The notes beneath the pieces are model-generated. The model saw only the letters and a program-made list of their open reading frames with translations. It was not told the DNA's origin and did no database searches. The translations under genes and the position numbers were made by a program. Shown here in pieces: positions 7,449 to 16,786 of a stretch of 29,368 bases of DNA. Position 1 is the first letter of the stretch, and each line of letters begins with the position of its first letter. Source of the DNA: Candidatus Angelobacter sp. (GTDB lineage Bacteria; Acidobacteriota; Terriglobia; Terriglobales; Acidobacteriaceae); the NCBI GenBank assembly GCA_035552035.1, contig DASZMF010000008.1, positions 1 to 29,368 on the forward strand, read 5' to 3'.

Positions 7449-8225
7449 CTAGGGCGTAATCGCAATCACCCTGAGCGGGCTGCCCGATCCGTTCACTATC
7501 TTCAGCGGCGCGGCAATCACCACCGCGCCCGTGGGCGGAAGCTGGTCAAGGTTGCACAAACCGGCGAGCCCGAATTTGCCGCTACCATGCATTACATAGT
7601 GATTCGGAAACGGCGGATCAAACGTCGCCGCACGTCCGGCGTCAGTGCCAACCGTCTCAACGCCTACGCCCAGCACGTCACGCTCTTTCGCCAGAAAGTC
7701 TGAACACTCTTTTAAAAATCCCGGCGTGTGCGGACCATCATCCTTCAGGTTGATGTATTCCTTCGGGTCTGTACGCACAGACCAGCCCGTACGAAGCAGC
7801 ATCCATGCGCCTGCGGGAATGCGCCCATGCTGGCTCTCCCATTGCTTCACGCGCTCAACTGTAAGCAGAAAATCTGGGTCTTTCGCCACGTCCGCAACCA
7901 CGTCAATCACGCAGGCCGGGCCCACAAATTTCTTCGGATGAATCTTGTCCACGCTGTTCTCGGGCAGGTCTTTGCCGCTCACCCAATGGATCGGCGCGTC
8001 AAAGTGCGTGCCGGTGTGTTCCCCCGTTTCAAACCCATTCCAGTACCACGCCGGCCCGCGATCGTCATAGCGCGAAAGCTCCCAGATCTTGAAAGCAGGC
8101 GTATTGGGCCATTGCGAAGGCAGCGGCAGCAGCGGCGTCTCCGGACAGAGCGGCTGCGTGAGGTCAATAACTTTGAGCGCGCCGCTGTTAAGCTGAGAAA
8201 CAAGTTCGGCAAGAATGTTGGGCAT
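7449..8225 (-). CDS. Cyclase family (kynurenine formamidase / isatin hydrolase-like) metal-dependent hydrolase
   Basis: GEHTGTHFDAPIHW (HxGTHxDAPxH), LLRTGWS, and C-terminal APLKIVNGSGSPLRVIA. Confidence 0.92.
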   Translation of the reverse strand: MPNILAELVSQLNSGALKVIDLTQPLCPETPLLPLPSQWPNTPAFKIWELSRYDDRGPAWYWNGFETGEHTGTHFDAPIHWVSGKDLPENSVDKIHPKKFVGPACVIDVVADVAKDPDFLLTVERVKQWESQHGRIPAGAWMLLRTGWSVRTDPKEYINLKDDGPHTPGFLKECSDFLAKERDVLGVGVETVGTDAGRAATFDPPFPNHYVMHGSGKFGLAGLCNLDQLPPTGAVVIAAPLKIVNGSGSPLRVIAITP

Positions 8226-8250
8226 GTAGCTCCTCTTTCAAAAACAAAAC

Positions 8251-8389
8251 CCACCACAGAGGCACGGAGACACAGAGAAAATGTTTAATTTCTGTTTCAA
8301 CTCAAAAATTAATGAAATGAAGATGCACAGCACAGGAAGTCACAAGACTTACTTTCGGGTTTCTCTGTGACTCCGTGTCTCCGTGGTGG
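8251..8389. repeat. 30-bp inverted repeat pair (REP/MITE-like) around a 79-bp AT-rich spacer
   Basis: 8251-8280 CCACCACAGAGGCACGGAGACACAGAGAAA versus the reverse complement of 8360-8389, CCACCACGGAGACACGGAGTCACAGAGAAA: 27/30 identical. Each arm has three 8-bp CACRGAGN units. Confidence 0.88.
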
Positions 8390-8951
8390 ATTTTTCTATG
8401 TACCTTTTAAACTGAAACCGATTCTCCAGCAATGACAACTCCGTCACATATCCCTTAGGTCCAACGGCTTCAACCTTCGCAACCATGGATGTGAGATCGT
8501 CTGTGTGCAGGGCCTCGTCGAATGCTTGAGTGAACTCGTCCATGCTGGTAACAGTTTTGGTCCGCTTGATGCCAGAGGCTCGCGCCACTCCCTCAAGATC
8601 GCTGCCCGTGGAAGTTGCCGTAGGAAAGCCACCGACCGAGAGCAGACTCTCATTGTCAAAAACCACATGCACTAAATTCTTTGGCCGATAGCGCGCCAGC
8701 GTGGTGTATCCGCCCAGGTTCATCAGGATGGAGCCATCGCCATCAAAGACCACAACTTTTTGCTGCGGTAAACAGAGCGCCAGCCCAAGTCCAGTGGAAG
8801 ATCCCAAGCCCATGGCATGCTGCAGATAGAAAAAATTCGGCTGGTGTCCCAGCGATTGCAGCTCGCACGCAACCGCTCCCATGATGGTCACAACGAGACA
8901 GCCTTCAAGCTTTCCGTAAATAGCGCGCAAACATTCCAGGCGCTGCATCAT
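8349..8951 (-). CDS. comE: TPP-dependent decarboxylase beta subunit (sulfopyruvate decarboxylase ComE-like)
   Basis: AMGLGSSTGLGLAL, then the TPP motif DGDGSILMNLG...VVFDN. Start placed at ATG 8951, which overlaps the comD stop as ATGA. Confidence 0.8.
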   Translation of the reverse strand: MMQRLECLRAIYGKLEGCLVVTIMGAVACELQSLGHQPNFFYLQHAMGLGSSTGLGLALCLPQQKVVVFDGDGSILMNLGGYTTLARYRPKNLVHVVFDNESLLSVGGFPTATSTGSDLEGVARASGIKRTKTVTSMDEFTQAFDEALHTDDLTSMVAKVEAVGPKGYVTELSLLENRFQFKRYIEKSTTETRSHRETRK

Positions 8952-9466
8952 GCGGGCTCCTCCCACATGAGCTCGCGCGTAAGTAGCAACGCCGCCGGAT
9001 GCAAACTGGCATAAGCCCACGTCTGCGCTTCCGCAATGCGCTTCTCCACTTTGGTGGGATCATCAAGAAATGAATATGGGATATTCAGAGCACGCAGCAA
9101 AGGCTCCGTAACGCCGCCGCCCTGCGTCTGCCAGGGATCGCGTTCGCCAAAGTGTCCGCGATAACTGATGAGCATGAGCAACGGAATACGGTAGAGCTGC
9201 GCCAGCGAAACAATGCCGTTCACACTGGCCAGAAAGCCGTGGTTCTGCATGAGCATGGCAGATTTCACGCCGGCAAAATGGGCGCCCGCGGAAATGCCCA
9301 CGCCTTCTTCTTCTTTGGCCAGCCGCACCAGGATCATCTTGGGATCTTCTTCCGCCATGCGGATCAGGTGTACCAGCCATGTCTCAGGCAGAGCGGAAAC
9401 CAGCCCAATGTCGCACTTCTTCAGCGCCTGGTAGATGACTCCGGAGTTGGTAGTTGAGACTGGCAT
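8948..9466 (-). CDS. comD: TPP-dependent decarboxylase alpha subunit (sulfopyruvate decarboxylase ComD-like)
   Basis: LAKEEEGVGISAGAHFAG..SAMLMQNHGF...YRIPLLMLISYRG...E..P.Q. Coupled to the beta subunit. Confidence 0.8.
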   Translation of the reverse strand: MPVSTTNSGVIYQALKKCDIGLVSALPETWLVHLIRMAEEDPKMILVRLAKEEEGVGISAGAHFAGVKSAMLMQNHGFLASVNGIVSLAQLYRIPLLMLISYRGHFGERDPWQTQGGGVTEPLLRALNIPYSFLDDPTKVEKRIAEAQTWAYASLHPAALLLTRELMWEEPA

Positions 9467-9573
9467 GCAGGAATGAAGTAGCTTACAGCAAGTTGCAGCA
9501 TTCGCAAAGCCGCGGGATTACGCGCACAGAAACGCACAAGAAAATTCGGCGGAAGCTAGTTTCTGGCTTCGGT

Positions 9574-9945
9574 CTACCGCAGGATCACACCAAAGCTGCG
9601 TCCGCCCAGCGCAAAACCCTGTTGCACGCGGCCCGTAACCGCTACGTTATTGCCATTGCCGGGGATACCAAAATTCTGGCTGTAAACCCACATACGCCCC
9701 GTGCCATCATCTATCTGATAAACGCCAGTACCCAGCGCGCTGAATGCTTCTGAAACCGTTCCGTGAATGCTCACATCTTTATCGGAAAAACGGCCGGGAT
9801 CCTTATTTATATCCGCAATACTGGTATGCGTAGGACAGCCGGTAATCATGAACATTGCCGCAAGCACCGCTACTGCCAAAATACCCTTGCTGGATTTGCG
9901 CACAGGAAGCCTCCAGAAACTTAGTTTCAGGATAGCAGATTGCAT
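9574..9945 (-). CDS. Small lipoprotein with probable OB fold
   Basis: Signal with MITGC lipobox, then SIADINKDPGRFSDKDVSIHGTV...VYQIDDGTG...VAVTGRV, an OB-fold-like pattern. Confidence 0.7.
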   Translation of the reverse strand: MQSAILKLSFWRLPVRKSSKGILAVAVLAAMFMITGCPTHTSIADINKDPGRFSDKDVSIHGTVSEAFSALGTGVYQIDDGTGRMWVYSQNFGIPGNGNNVAVTGRVQQGFALGGRSFGVILR

Positions 9946-10001
9946 GCAGTAGTCTTTAAGCTATGACCGTGGTGAAACAAGGCAACGGGAGCGCAGGTTG
10001 A

Positions 10002-10772
10002 ATGATTGACAATGCAGAGGGCTGGATCACACCCGCTGAGCACAATGAAATCGGACCAGCAGAGGTCCACGTGTGGCGCATTGCTTTGGTCCAGCCGGAA
10101 CAGGTCATTCAACACTATCGGAAATTTCTGGCAGCAGATGAGATCGAGAGAGCTGACCGTTTCTATTTTGAGAAAGACAGAAACAGTTTTACCGTTGCTC
10201 GCGGCGCATTGCGGGAAATCCTCGGGGCCTGCCTGACAATTGACCCGCGCGAAGTCAGTTTTACTTACGGCCCGCAAGGCAAGCCCGATCTGGCTGGACC
10301 GCACAGCACTTCCGGACTTCGCTTCAATCTTTCCCATTCCGGTGAGGTTGCATTACTAGCTGTGGCACGAAATCGCGAACTAGGAATTGACGTTGAGCAG
10401 ATTCGCGCTGACTTTGCCAGCCAGGAAATCGCCACGCGTTTCTTCTCATCTGAAGAATGCGTCCGGCTGGAAGCCGTCCCTGCCGATCAAAGTGTGGACG
10501 CCTTTTTCAATTGCTGGACGCGCAAAGAAGCCTACATCAAAGCCCGTGGCCAGGGGCTTTCCATTCCGCTCGATAGTTTTGTAGTCGCCTTCGCTCCCGG
10601 AGAAGAGCCGGCGCTATTGCAGGTGAAGACCGGTGACGAGAACCTCTCCCGTTGGCGCTTTCACGCACTCCATCCTGGCTCAGGATATAAAGCGGCAATA
10701 GCGATTGAAGGCCATGACCATCAACTCCGATTATGGGAGTGGCAGGCCGCCACCTTATTTATAGAGCACTAA
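10002..10772 (+). CDS. Sfp-type 4'-phosphopantetheinyl transferase
   Basis: GKP, FNLSHSG, LGIDVE and WTRKEAYIKARGQGL motifs. Confidence 0.95.
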   Translation: MIDNAEGWITPAEHNEIGPAEVHVWRIALVQPEQVIQHYRKFLAADEIERADRFYFEKDRNSFTVARGALREILGACLTIDPREVSFTYGPQGKPDLAGPHSTSGLRFNLSHSGEVALLAVARNRELGIDVEQIRADFASQEIATRFFSSEECVRLEAVPADQSVDAFFNCWTRKEAYIKARGQGLSIPLDSFVVAFAPGEEPALLQVKTGDENLSRWRFHALHPGSGYKAAIAIEGHDHQLRLWEWQAATLFIEH

Positions 10773-10779
10773 AAGAGGT

Positions 10780-11547
10780 CTAGTAACCAAAGGACGGTAG
10801 ATGCAGTTTTTTTAGGACCATGTGAATTTCCGGCCGGAACTCATCCGCCAGATTGCTGGTGGCAAAACCACTCAGCGCCAGCGCACTGCGGCTTAAGGCG
10901 TGAGAAGTATTGGCATAGGGATCCGGCAAATAGGCATTGCCCACAAAGCCTCCGGCAAATGCGCCAGAAATATTTGCCACGGCCAACCGGGCGTGGCCAT
11001 TGTCACCGCGATCAATCACCGTATATCTGGCTGCATTAAAGCAGCGTGCAAAAAAATTCTTGCTGGTCGAAGAAAAATAGCGCGGGTCTTCATGCATCAA
11101 GGACGCAGCAACAAATTTCCCTCCCTGCACCGAAACCCAGCTGGACATAAAGTCGCCATAGTTCCGGCCAAACGCGGGAAGGCCCTGCCGCCACTCCCGC
11201 GGATAAGCCTTCGGAGGATTCGCCATCGTCAGCCCATCGTAAAACGCGGCAACCGGGTAGATTCCCGGACGAAATGATTCAACCGCAAAATAGCGAAACT
11301 TGCCTCCCACATTGAGCGGCGCGGAAGAAGTTGGATCGCCGACCGTGCTGCTTCGCGTAAAAGCGGTGGGAGTTGCTGATGGTTTGGCCGCAGGCGTTGG
11401 AGTTGGCTGCGGTGAGCTGGCTTGCGGAGAACTTGTTTGCACTTCTGCAAGCTGCTGTAATCCGGCCTGCTCCTGAATTGGCAGGGCCTGCACCAAACAC
11501 GTTGTGACCAGCAATAAAAATGCGGCAACCAGCAATCTTTTTTTCAT
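10780..11547 (-). CDS. Exported conserved hypothetical protein (acidobacterial HEDPRY family)
   Basis: Signal peptide MKKRLLVAAFLLLV (start moved to ATG 11547), a P/T/S-rich linker, then KFRYF...WRQG..AFGRNYG...HEDPRYF...R.DNG...NISGAF. Confidence 0.7.
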   Translation of the reverse strand: MKKRLLVAAFLLLVTTCLVQALPIQEQAGLQQLAEVQTSSPQASSPQPTPTPAAKPSATPTAFTRSSTVGDPTSSAPLNVGGKFRYFAVESFRPGIYPVAAFYDGLTMANPPKAYPREWRQGLPAFGRNYGDFMSSWVSVQGGKFVAASLMHEDPRYFSSTSKNFFARCFNAARYTVIDRGDNGHARLAVANISGAFAGGFVGNAYLPDPYANTSHALSRSALALSGFATSNLADEFRPEIHMVLKKLHLPSFGY

Positions 11548-11751
11548 GTCACGTACATGGTATATCAACCAGACAAAAGCTGGTTTCTTCCATGCAGAAG
11601 TATTGGCTTTGTCAGCGCAAAAGCAATATTTCCATTTTCTGGGGGAGCATTGAAAAAAGATATGTTGAACCCGTTTCGTCCAACAGACTTCTTCGTCCCA
11701 ATTTGGGACTGAATCCCGCATGATTCACAGCGCCGAAGGCTGTTAAAATAG

Positions 11752-11782
11752 TTGAAGTCGAGTTATGCAGTCTGCAAACTCG
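11752..11782 (+). promoter_or_regulatory. Candidate htpG promoter overlapped by a 24-bp imperfect palindrome
   Basis: TTGAAG(11752)-N17-CAAACT(11775). The palindrome CGAGTT-A-TGCAG-T-CTGCA-AACTCG spans 11759-11782. Confidence 0.4.
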
Positions 11783-11838
11783 CTCCATGTGTGTCCATCA
11801 CTAGGATTGCCACAACAATACTTTCAGGAGAATGAATC

Positions 11839-13773
11839 GTGTCCACTACAAGTCCCGTGGAATCTTTCCAGTTTCAGGCTGAAACCACACAACTGCTCCA
11901 CATGATGATTCACTCCCTCTACACGCAGAAAGAAATATTTCTGCGGGAGCTCATCTCCAACTCCTCTGATGCATTGGACAGGCTCCGCTTTGAGTCTCTG
12001 ACCAGGCCTGAACTGATTTCAGATGGCCACCAAGATGAGATCAGGCTCAAGCCGGATGTCGCTGCCCGTACCTTGACCATAAGCGATACCGGCATTGGCA
12101 TGAGCCGCCAGGAGCTGGTCGAGCATATTGGCACCATTGCGCGCTCGGGAACAAAAGAGCTGCGGAAGCGCGTGCAGGAATCCCAGTCCGCGGAAGTGGT
12201 TGCGGAATCCATTGGACAGTTTGGCGTGGGCTTTTATTCCGCGTTCATGGTGGCGGATAAAGTCACGATCATTACCCGCCGCGCCGGCGAAATAAAGGCC
12301 ACGCAATGGGAGTCAACGGGCGATGGCAGCTATACGCTGGAAGAAGTTGAGAAGGCAGGAAGCGGAACGGACATTATTCTTCATCTGAAAAAGCCCGACG
12401 CAGAAGCAGGCATTGAAGATTTTACTGATCGCTGGAAGCTCTCAATGATTGTCCACAAATATTCTGACTTCATTGCTTACCCCATTATTTATGAAGGCCC
12501 GAAGCAGGAACCGGGCGAAGCAGAAGAGGCCGAGAAGCCTGCAATCGAAAGCAAGACGCTGAATTCCATGAAGCCGCTGTGGACGCGCAGCCGCTCCGAA
12601 GTGAACGACAGCGATTACAACGATTTCTACAAACATCTCTCCAACGACTGGAATGATCCACTGAAAGTGCTGCCGCTTAAAGCCGAAGGCGCATTCGAAT
12701 ATGAAGCGCTGCTCTTTGTTCCTTCGCAGGCGCCCCATGATCTTTTCTATCACGGTGCGGAAACGGGTTTGCGGCTTTACGCGCGGCGCGTAATGGTCAT
12801 GGATCAATGTGAAGACCTGCTGCCCCGGTATCTCCGGTTCATCAAGGGCGTAGTCGATTCCAGTGACTTGCCGCTGAACATTTCGCGCCAGCGGCTTCAG
12901 CAAGACCGCCACATCACGCAGATCAAAAAATGGCTCACCCGCAAAGTACTGGACGCACTGGCCGACCTGCGCGAAAAAGAAGCGGAAAAATATCTGGCGT
13001 TCTGGGAGCAGTTTGGCAAAGCCCTGAAAGAAGGCGTTAGCTCCGACTATGACAATAAAGAAAAGCTGCTGCCGCTTCTGCTCTTTGAGTCTTCACACGA
13101 TCCCAAAGAACTGACCACGCTAAAAAGCTACGTGGAAAGAATGAAGCCAGAGCAAAATGAAATCCTGTATCTAACAGGAGAGTCGCGGCAGGTGCTGGAA
13201 AACTCTCCGCATCTTGAAGGCTCGAAAGAAAAAGGCTATGAACTGCTCTACCTGGTTGATCCCGTGGATGAATTACTGGTCCAGCATCTCCATGAATTTG
13301 AAGGCAAGCACCTGAAATCCGTCAGCAAAGGCAAAGCTAACTGGGGCACGGAAGAAGAAAAACAAAATCTTGAAGCCCAGCTTAAGACTAAGGAAGAGGA
13401 GTATGCGGATTTTCTGCAGGCCAGCCAGAAAAAACTGGACCAATATGTAAAGCAGATTCGGCTGTCCACTCGGCTGGTCAGTTCACCCGCCTGCCTGGTG
13501 ACAGAGGAGCATGAATACAGTCCGAACCTGGAACGCCTGTTGCAAAAAGGCAAGGGCGGCGGTGCAAAACAGCGGCGCATCATGGAACTCAATGCGAGCC
13601 ATCCGATTATTACGCGCCTCTTCGAACGCTTCAAAGTGAATGGCGAAGACACTGAGGTCAGCAACTCAATGGATCTTCTGTTCCAGCTGTCTCTGTTAGC
13701 GGAGGGATCAGAGATAGCTGATCCCGTTCGATTGAATCAGCTCACCCTGGATCTGCTGAAAAGAGCCGTGTAG
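11839..13773 (+). CDS. htpG: Molecular chaperone HtpG (Hsp90)
   Basis: FQAE...IHSLY..KEIFLRELISNSSDA, DTGIGM, IGQFGVGFYSAF, LRFIKGVVDSSDLPLNISR. Confidence 0.98.
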   Translation: MSTTSPVESFQFQAETTQLLHMMIHSLYTQKEIFLRELISNSSDALDRLRFESLTRPELISDGHQDEIRLKPDVAARTLTISDTGIGMSRQELVEHIGTIARSGTKELRKRVQESQSAEVVAESIGQFGVGFYSAFMVADKVTIITRRAGEIKATQWESTGDGSYTLEEVEKAGSGTDIILHLKKPDAEAGIEDFTDRWKLSMIVHKYSDFIAYPIIYEGPKQEPGEAEEAEKPAIESKTLNSMKPLWTRSRSEVNDSDYNDFYKHLSNDWNDPLKVLPLKAEGAFEYEALLFVPSQAPHDLFYHGAETGLRLYARRVMVMDQCEDLLPRYLRFIKGVVDSSDLPLNISRQRLQQDRHITQIKKWLTRKVLDALADLREKEAEKYLAFWEQFGKALKEGVSSDYDNKEKLLPLLLFESSHDPKELTTLKSYVERMKPEQNEILYLTGESRQVLENSPHLEGSKEKGYELLYLVDPVDELLVQHLHEFEGKHLKSVSKGKANWGTEEEKQNLEAQLKTKEEEYADFLQASQKKLDQYVKQIRLSTRLVSSPACLVTEEHEYSPNLERLLQKGKGGGAKQRRIMELNASHPIITRLFERFKVNGEDTEVSNSMDLLFQLSLLAEGSEIADPVRLNQLTLDLLKRAV

Positions 13774-13786
13774 TGTCAATCAACAA

Positions 13787-13814
13787 GCAGGGATGGTGTT
13801 CAGATCATCCCTGC
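13787..13814. terminator. Bidirectional intrinsic terminator between convergent htpG and permease
   Basis: Stem GCAGGGATG / CATCCCTGC, extendable with a G-U pair, flanked by A/T-rich sequence. Confidence 0.75.
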
Positions 13815-13832
13815 ATTTAAATGGCTGCTCTC

Positions 13833-16292
13833 TCACTCCGAACGCAACGCCTCTGCGGGATGAACTCTGGCGGCGCGCGCCGCAGGAAGCGCTGAAGCGA
13901 TCACCGCAGCGGCAAAAATAACAGCCGCAGATGCCAGCAGCGTAAGCGCTCCAGGCAATCTCAGTTCGGCAAAGTGCCCGCCCAGTGCACGCTCAAGAGC
14001 AAAGCCAACGACGAAGCCAGTGGCTACACCTACGGCGGCAATCATTGCGCCTTCAGATAAAACCTTGGTCAGGATGCTGCGTGGCTGCGCACCCAGGGCC
14101 TGGCGAATTCCAAACTCACGGGTGCGTCCGCTCACGGAGAAGGCGAGCACGCCCGCCACTCCCACCACGGAAATCAACAGCGCCAGCGTGGCAAAGCCGC
14201 CGAACACAATGGCGTTGAGACGGTCAGGTGTCAAAACTTCCGCGCGCACATCTTCCAGTGTGCTGGCGCGTTCCACAGGCTGGTCTGCTGCCATATCATG
14301 AATCGTCCGTGTGATGGCGGGAACCAGTGCATACGGATCGTTTTTTGCCCGCACAAAAAGACGGCCATTCCAGCCTTCCTGGGTTGATGGCTGATATACC
14401 GTCATCGTCGGCGATGGAATAATATTTTCATCGTCAACATCAGGCACCACGCCGATAATTCGCCGCGGCTCCATGCCAATGCCGATAAATTTCATCACGC
14501 CATCTGTCCATTGCAGGTGGCGATCAACAGCTTCGCGTCCGGGGAATAACCGATCAGCGACGCTTTTGCTGATAATGACTACACGCTCTGCGCCATCGCG
14601 ATCTGTATCCCGGAAGTCGCGACCTTCGAGAAGCGGCACGCCCAAGGTATCAAAAAATCCAGACGATACTGACCGGAAGCGAGCGCGTGAATCATCCTGG
14701 CTATTTTCACGATGCGCTCCTTCTACGGCAAAGGTGAAGCTGATGCTCAGTGCCCCGCTGTCACGCCAGGGAACACCGAAACCGGAAGACACATGTTCCA
14801 CTCCTGGCAGCGTGCTGATGCGTTGCTGCACATCGCGATAAAAATCCCGCACCTGGCCGGGTGTTCGTCCGTCGGACATCACCGGCAGGTTCACGGCAAG
14901 CACGTGCGCCGTTTGAAAGGGCGGCTGTGTTTTTTCCAGCTCCAGCAGAGTTTTCACCAGCGCGCCAGCACCGGCCAGCAATAAGAATGATGCGGTGATC
15001 TGTGTAACGGCAAAAATTCCCAGCCGGCGGCTGCTGCCTCCACTCACGCGCGCTCCACCAGATAGCGCAAACTTGGCGGAAGTATCCGCGGCGGGCAAAC
15101 GGGGAACAAACGCCAGAAAAACTGCGGCAACCAAGGCAAGCGCAACGCCAATCCATACCAAGCTGGGATCAAGCGTGAGATCGAGCGCCCGCACCGAAAA
15201 ACGCGAAGCATAACGTGCCAGCACCGTTACCATTGGCGCAGCGATAGCAACGCCTGCCAGCGCGCCGCTGCCGCAAAGCACAATCCCCTCGGCAAGAAGT
15301 GACCGCCGAAAGTCTGCGGTGGTTGCTCCCAGTGCTGCGCGGATCGCCATCTCAGGTTCGCGACGCACAGTTCGCGCCAGAATAAGGTTAGCAACGTTGG
15401 AGCAGGCAATCACAAACAGAAGACCGGACGCAGCGAACAGCACCCACAAAACGGTCCGGGCACGCGAATTGATCTGGTCGTGCATTCGCGTTACTTCAAT
15501 TTTGTAATGGTCATTTGGCTTATAAACTTCTGGGTGCGCGGAAATCATGCTGCTGTATACGGTATGCAGCTCGGCTCGGGCGGAATCAAGGTCCGCTCCG
15601 GGCGAGAGGCGTGCAAAGACTTCCGTCATCCGATGCTCACGGCCAGTCACCATCGTTGCCGAAAGATGATGCGGGCTGGTGACGATATTCGCAATCAGCT
15701 CGGTTTCTACCGGATAAGGTACAGACGGCTCCAAAACTCCGACAATGGTGGCGGAACGAGCGCCTTCAAAACTTCCCAGGCGCAGCACTTTGCCCAGCAC
15801 ACCCTTATCGGAATGCAACGAATTGACCCAAAACCGATACGTCAACACCACGGCGCCAGCCGCATTTGGGCCATCGTCTTTTGTGTTTATCAGCCGTCCC
15901 AGCACAGGGCGCAGACCCATCACTTCAAAATAGTTGCCATCCACCACGCCGGCGCTGATCTCACGCGGCTCGCCGAGTCCCACCATGGTGAAATCAACTG
16001 CGGAAAAAGTGCCGAACTCCTTGATGCTCTTCAAGCCGGAGTCCATGTCCTTGATTTCTGGAACGGAGAACGTTGCATTGTCGACGCCGATTCCCGGGGC
16101 GCTCTGGCGCACATAAAGCAGGCGATCTTCATCGCGATTGGCGAGCGGACGCAGCAGCACGCCGCGCACAACACTAAAAATAGCTGCATTTGCGCCGATG
16201 CCAAGGGCAAGTGTGACTGCAACGGTGATCCACAAAGCGCGGGCATGCGCCAGCGAGCGTATCGCAATCTTCAAATCGTGAAAAAATGACAT
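13833..16292 (-). CDS. ADOP-type duplicated ABC permease (MacB_PCD + FtsX, twice)
   Basis: LALGIGANAAIFSVV start, LLFVIACSNVANL...R..E.AIR.ALGA, second half ending R.REFGIRQALGA...ARRAARVHP.EALRSE. No ATPase gene adjacent. Confidence 0.93.
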   Translation of the reverse strand: MSFFHDLKIAIRSLAHARALWITVAVTLALGIGANAAIFSVVRGVLLRPLANRDEDRLLYVRQSAPGIGVDNATFSVPEIKDMDSGLKSIKEFGTFSAVDFTMVGLGEPREISAGVVDGNYFEVMGLRPVLGRLINTKDDGPNAAGAVVLTYRFWVNSLHSDKGVLGKVLRLGSFEGARSATIVGVLEPSVPYPVETELIANIVTSPHHLSATMVTGREHRMTEVFARLSPGADLDSARAELHTVYSSMISAHPEVYKPNDHYKIEVTRMHDQINSRARTVLWVLFAASGLLFVIACSNVANLILARTVRREPEMAIRAALGATTADFRRSLLAEGIVLCGSGALAGVAIAAPMVTVLARYASRFSVRALDLTLDPSLVWIGVALALVAAVFLAFVPRLPAADTSAKFALSGGARVSGGSSRRLGIFAVTQITASFLLLAGAGALVKTLLELEKTQPPFQTAHVLAVNLPVMSDGRTPGQVRDFYRDVQQRISTLPGVEHVSSGFGVPWRDSGALSISFTFAVEGAHRENSQDDSRARFRSVSSGFFDTLGVPLLEGRDFRDTDRDGAERVVIISKSVADRLFPGREAVDRHLQWTDGVMKFIGIGMEPRRIIGVVPDVDDENIIPSPTMTVYQPSTQEGWNGRLFVRAKNDPYALVPAITRTIHDMAADQPVERASTLEDVRAEVLTPDRLNAIVFGGFATLALLISVVGVAGVLAFSVSGRTREFGIRQALGAQPRSILTKVLSEGAMIAAVGVATGFVVGFALERALGGHFAELRLPGALTLLASAAVIFAAAVIASALPAARAARVHPAEALRSE

Positions 16293-16684
16293 TTCATCCT
16301 CGATTCCTTGGTCACTCAGAGCCGTAGCTCATTATTCTGCATTAGATAGTCGTTCCAGAGACCGAAAATCGACAGGCAATCCCAGCAAAATCGTGGCAGG
16401 GGTCCCAATCCGTCCTGATTGGCTTAAACAGTCTGACCGATTCAGGTTAGACGCGCAACTTGTCTTTTTGGAAGGCAGGAAAACTCGCGATCTACGGCAC
16501 CTGACTGGCATCATCCTGCCCACCAAAGGCCTATCTACATTTATGAAGGTAACTATCAACCTGTTGTGGAACCCTTACTCGTAAGGATTGACATGGGCAA
16601 GATCACGATCAACTGACCGCGTGCCGGACGGTCTGGCAGAAGTCAATACGCTGGCTCCGAATGATGCGGCATTCCGCCCCTCAC

Positions 16685-16730
16685 CAATACTTTCGTCCAA
16701 TTGCTTTGCTTCTGCACTTGCGGATTAAAT
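16685..16730 (+). promoter_or_regulatory. Island regulon promoter (motif copy 1)
   Basis: CAATACTTTCGTCCAATTG at 16685-16703, with a -10-like TTAAAT at 16725-16730. Confidence 0.75.
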
Positions 16731-16786
16731 CGTGGTTGGCGTCATCGCGCCTTGAGGCAAGGCTATTTCCCATTGGAGAGGACCAG

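Noticed and set aside
16332-16584. Short ORFs in the permease/redoxin intergenic region as a PadR remnant
   Set aside because: No PadR-like motifs in either translation.
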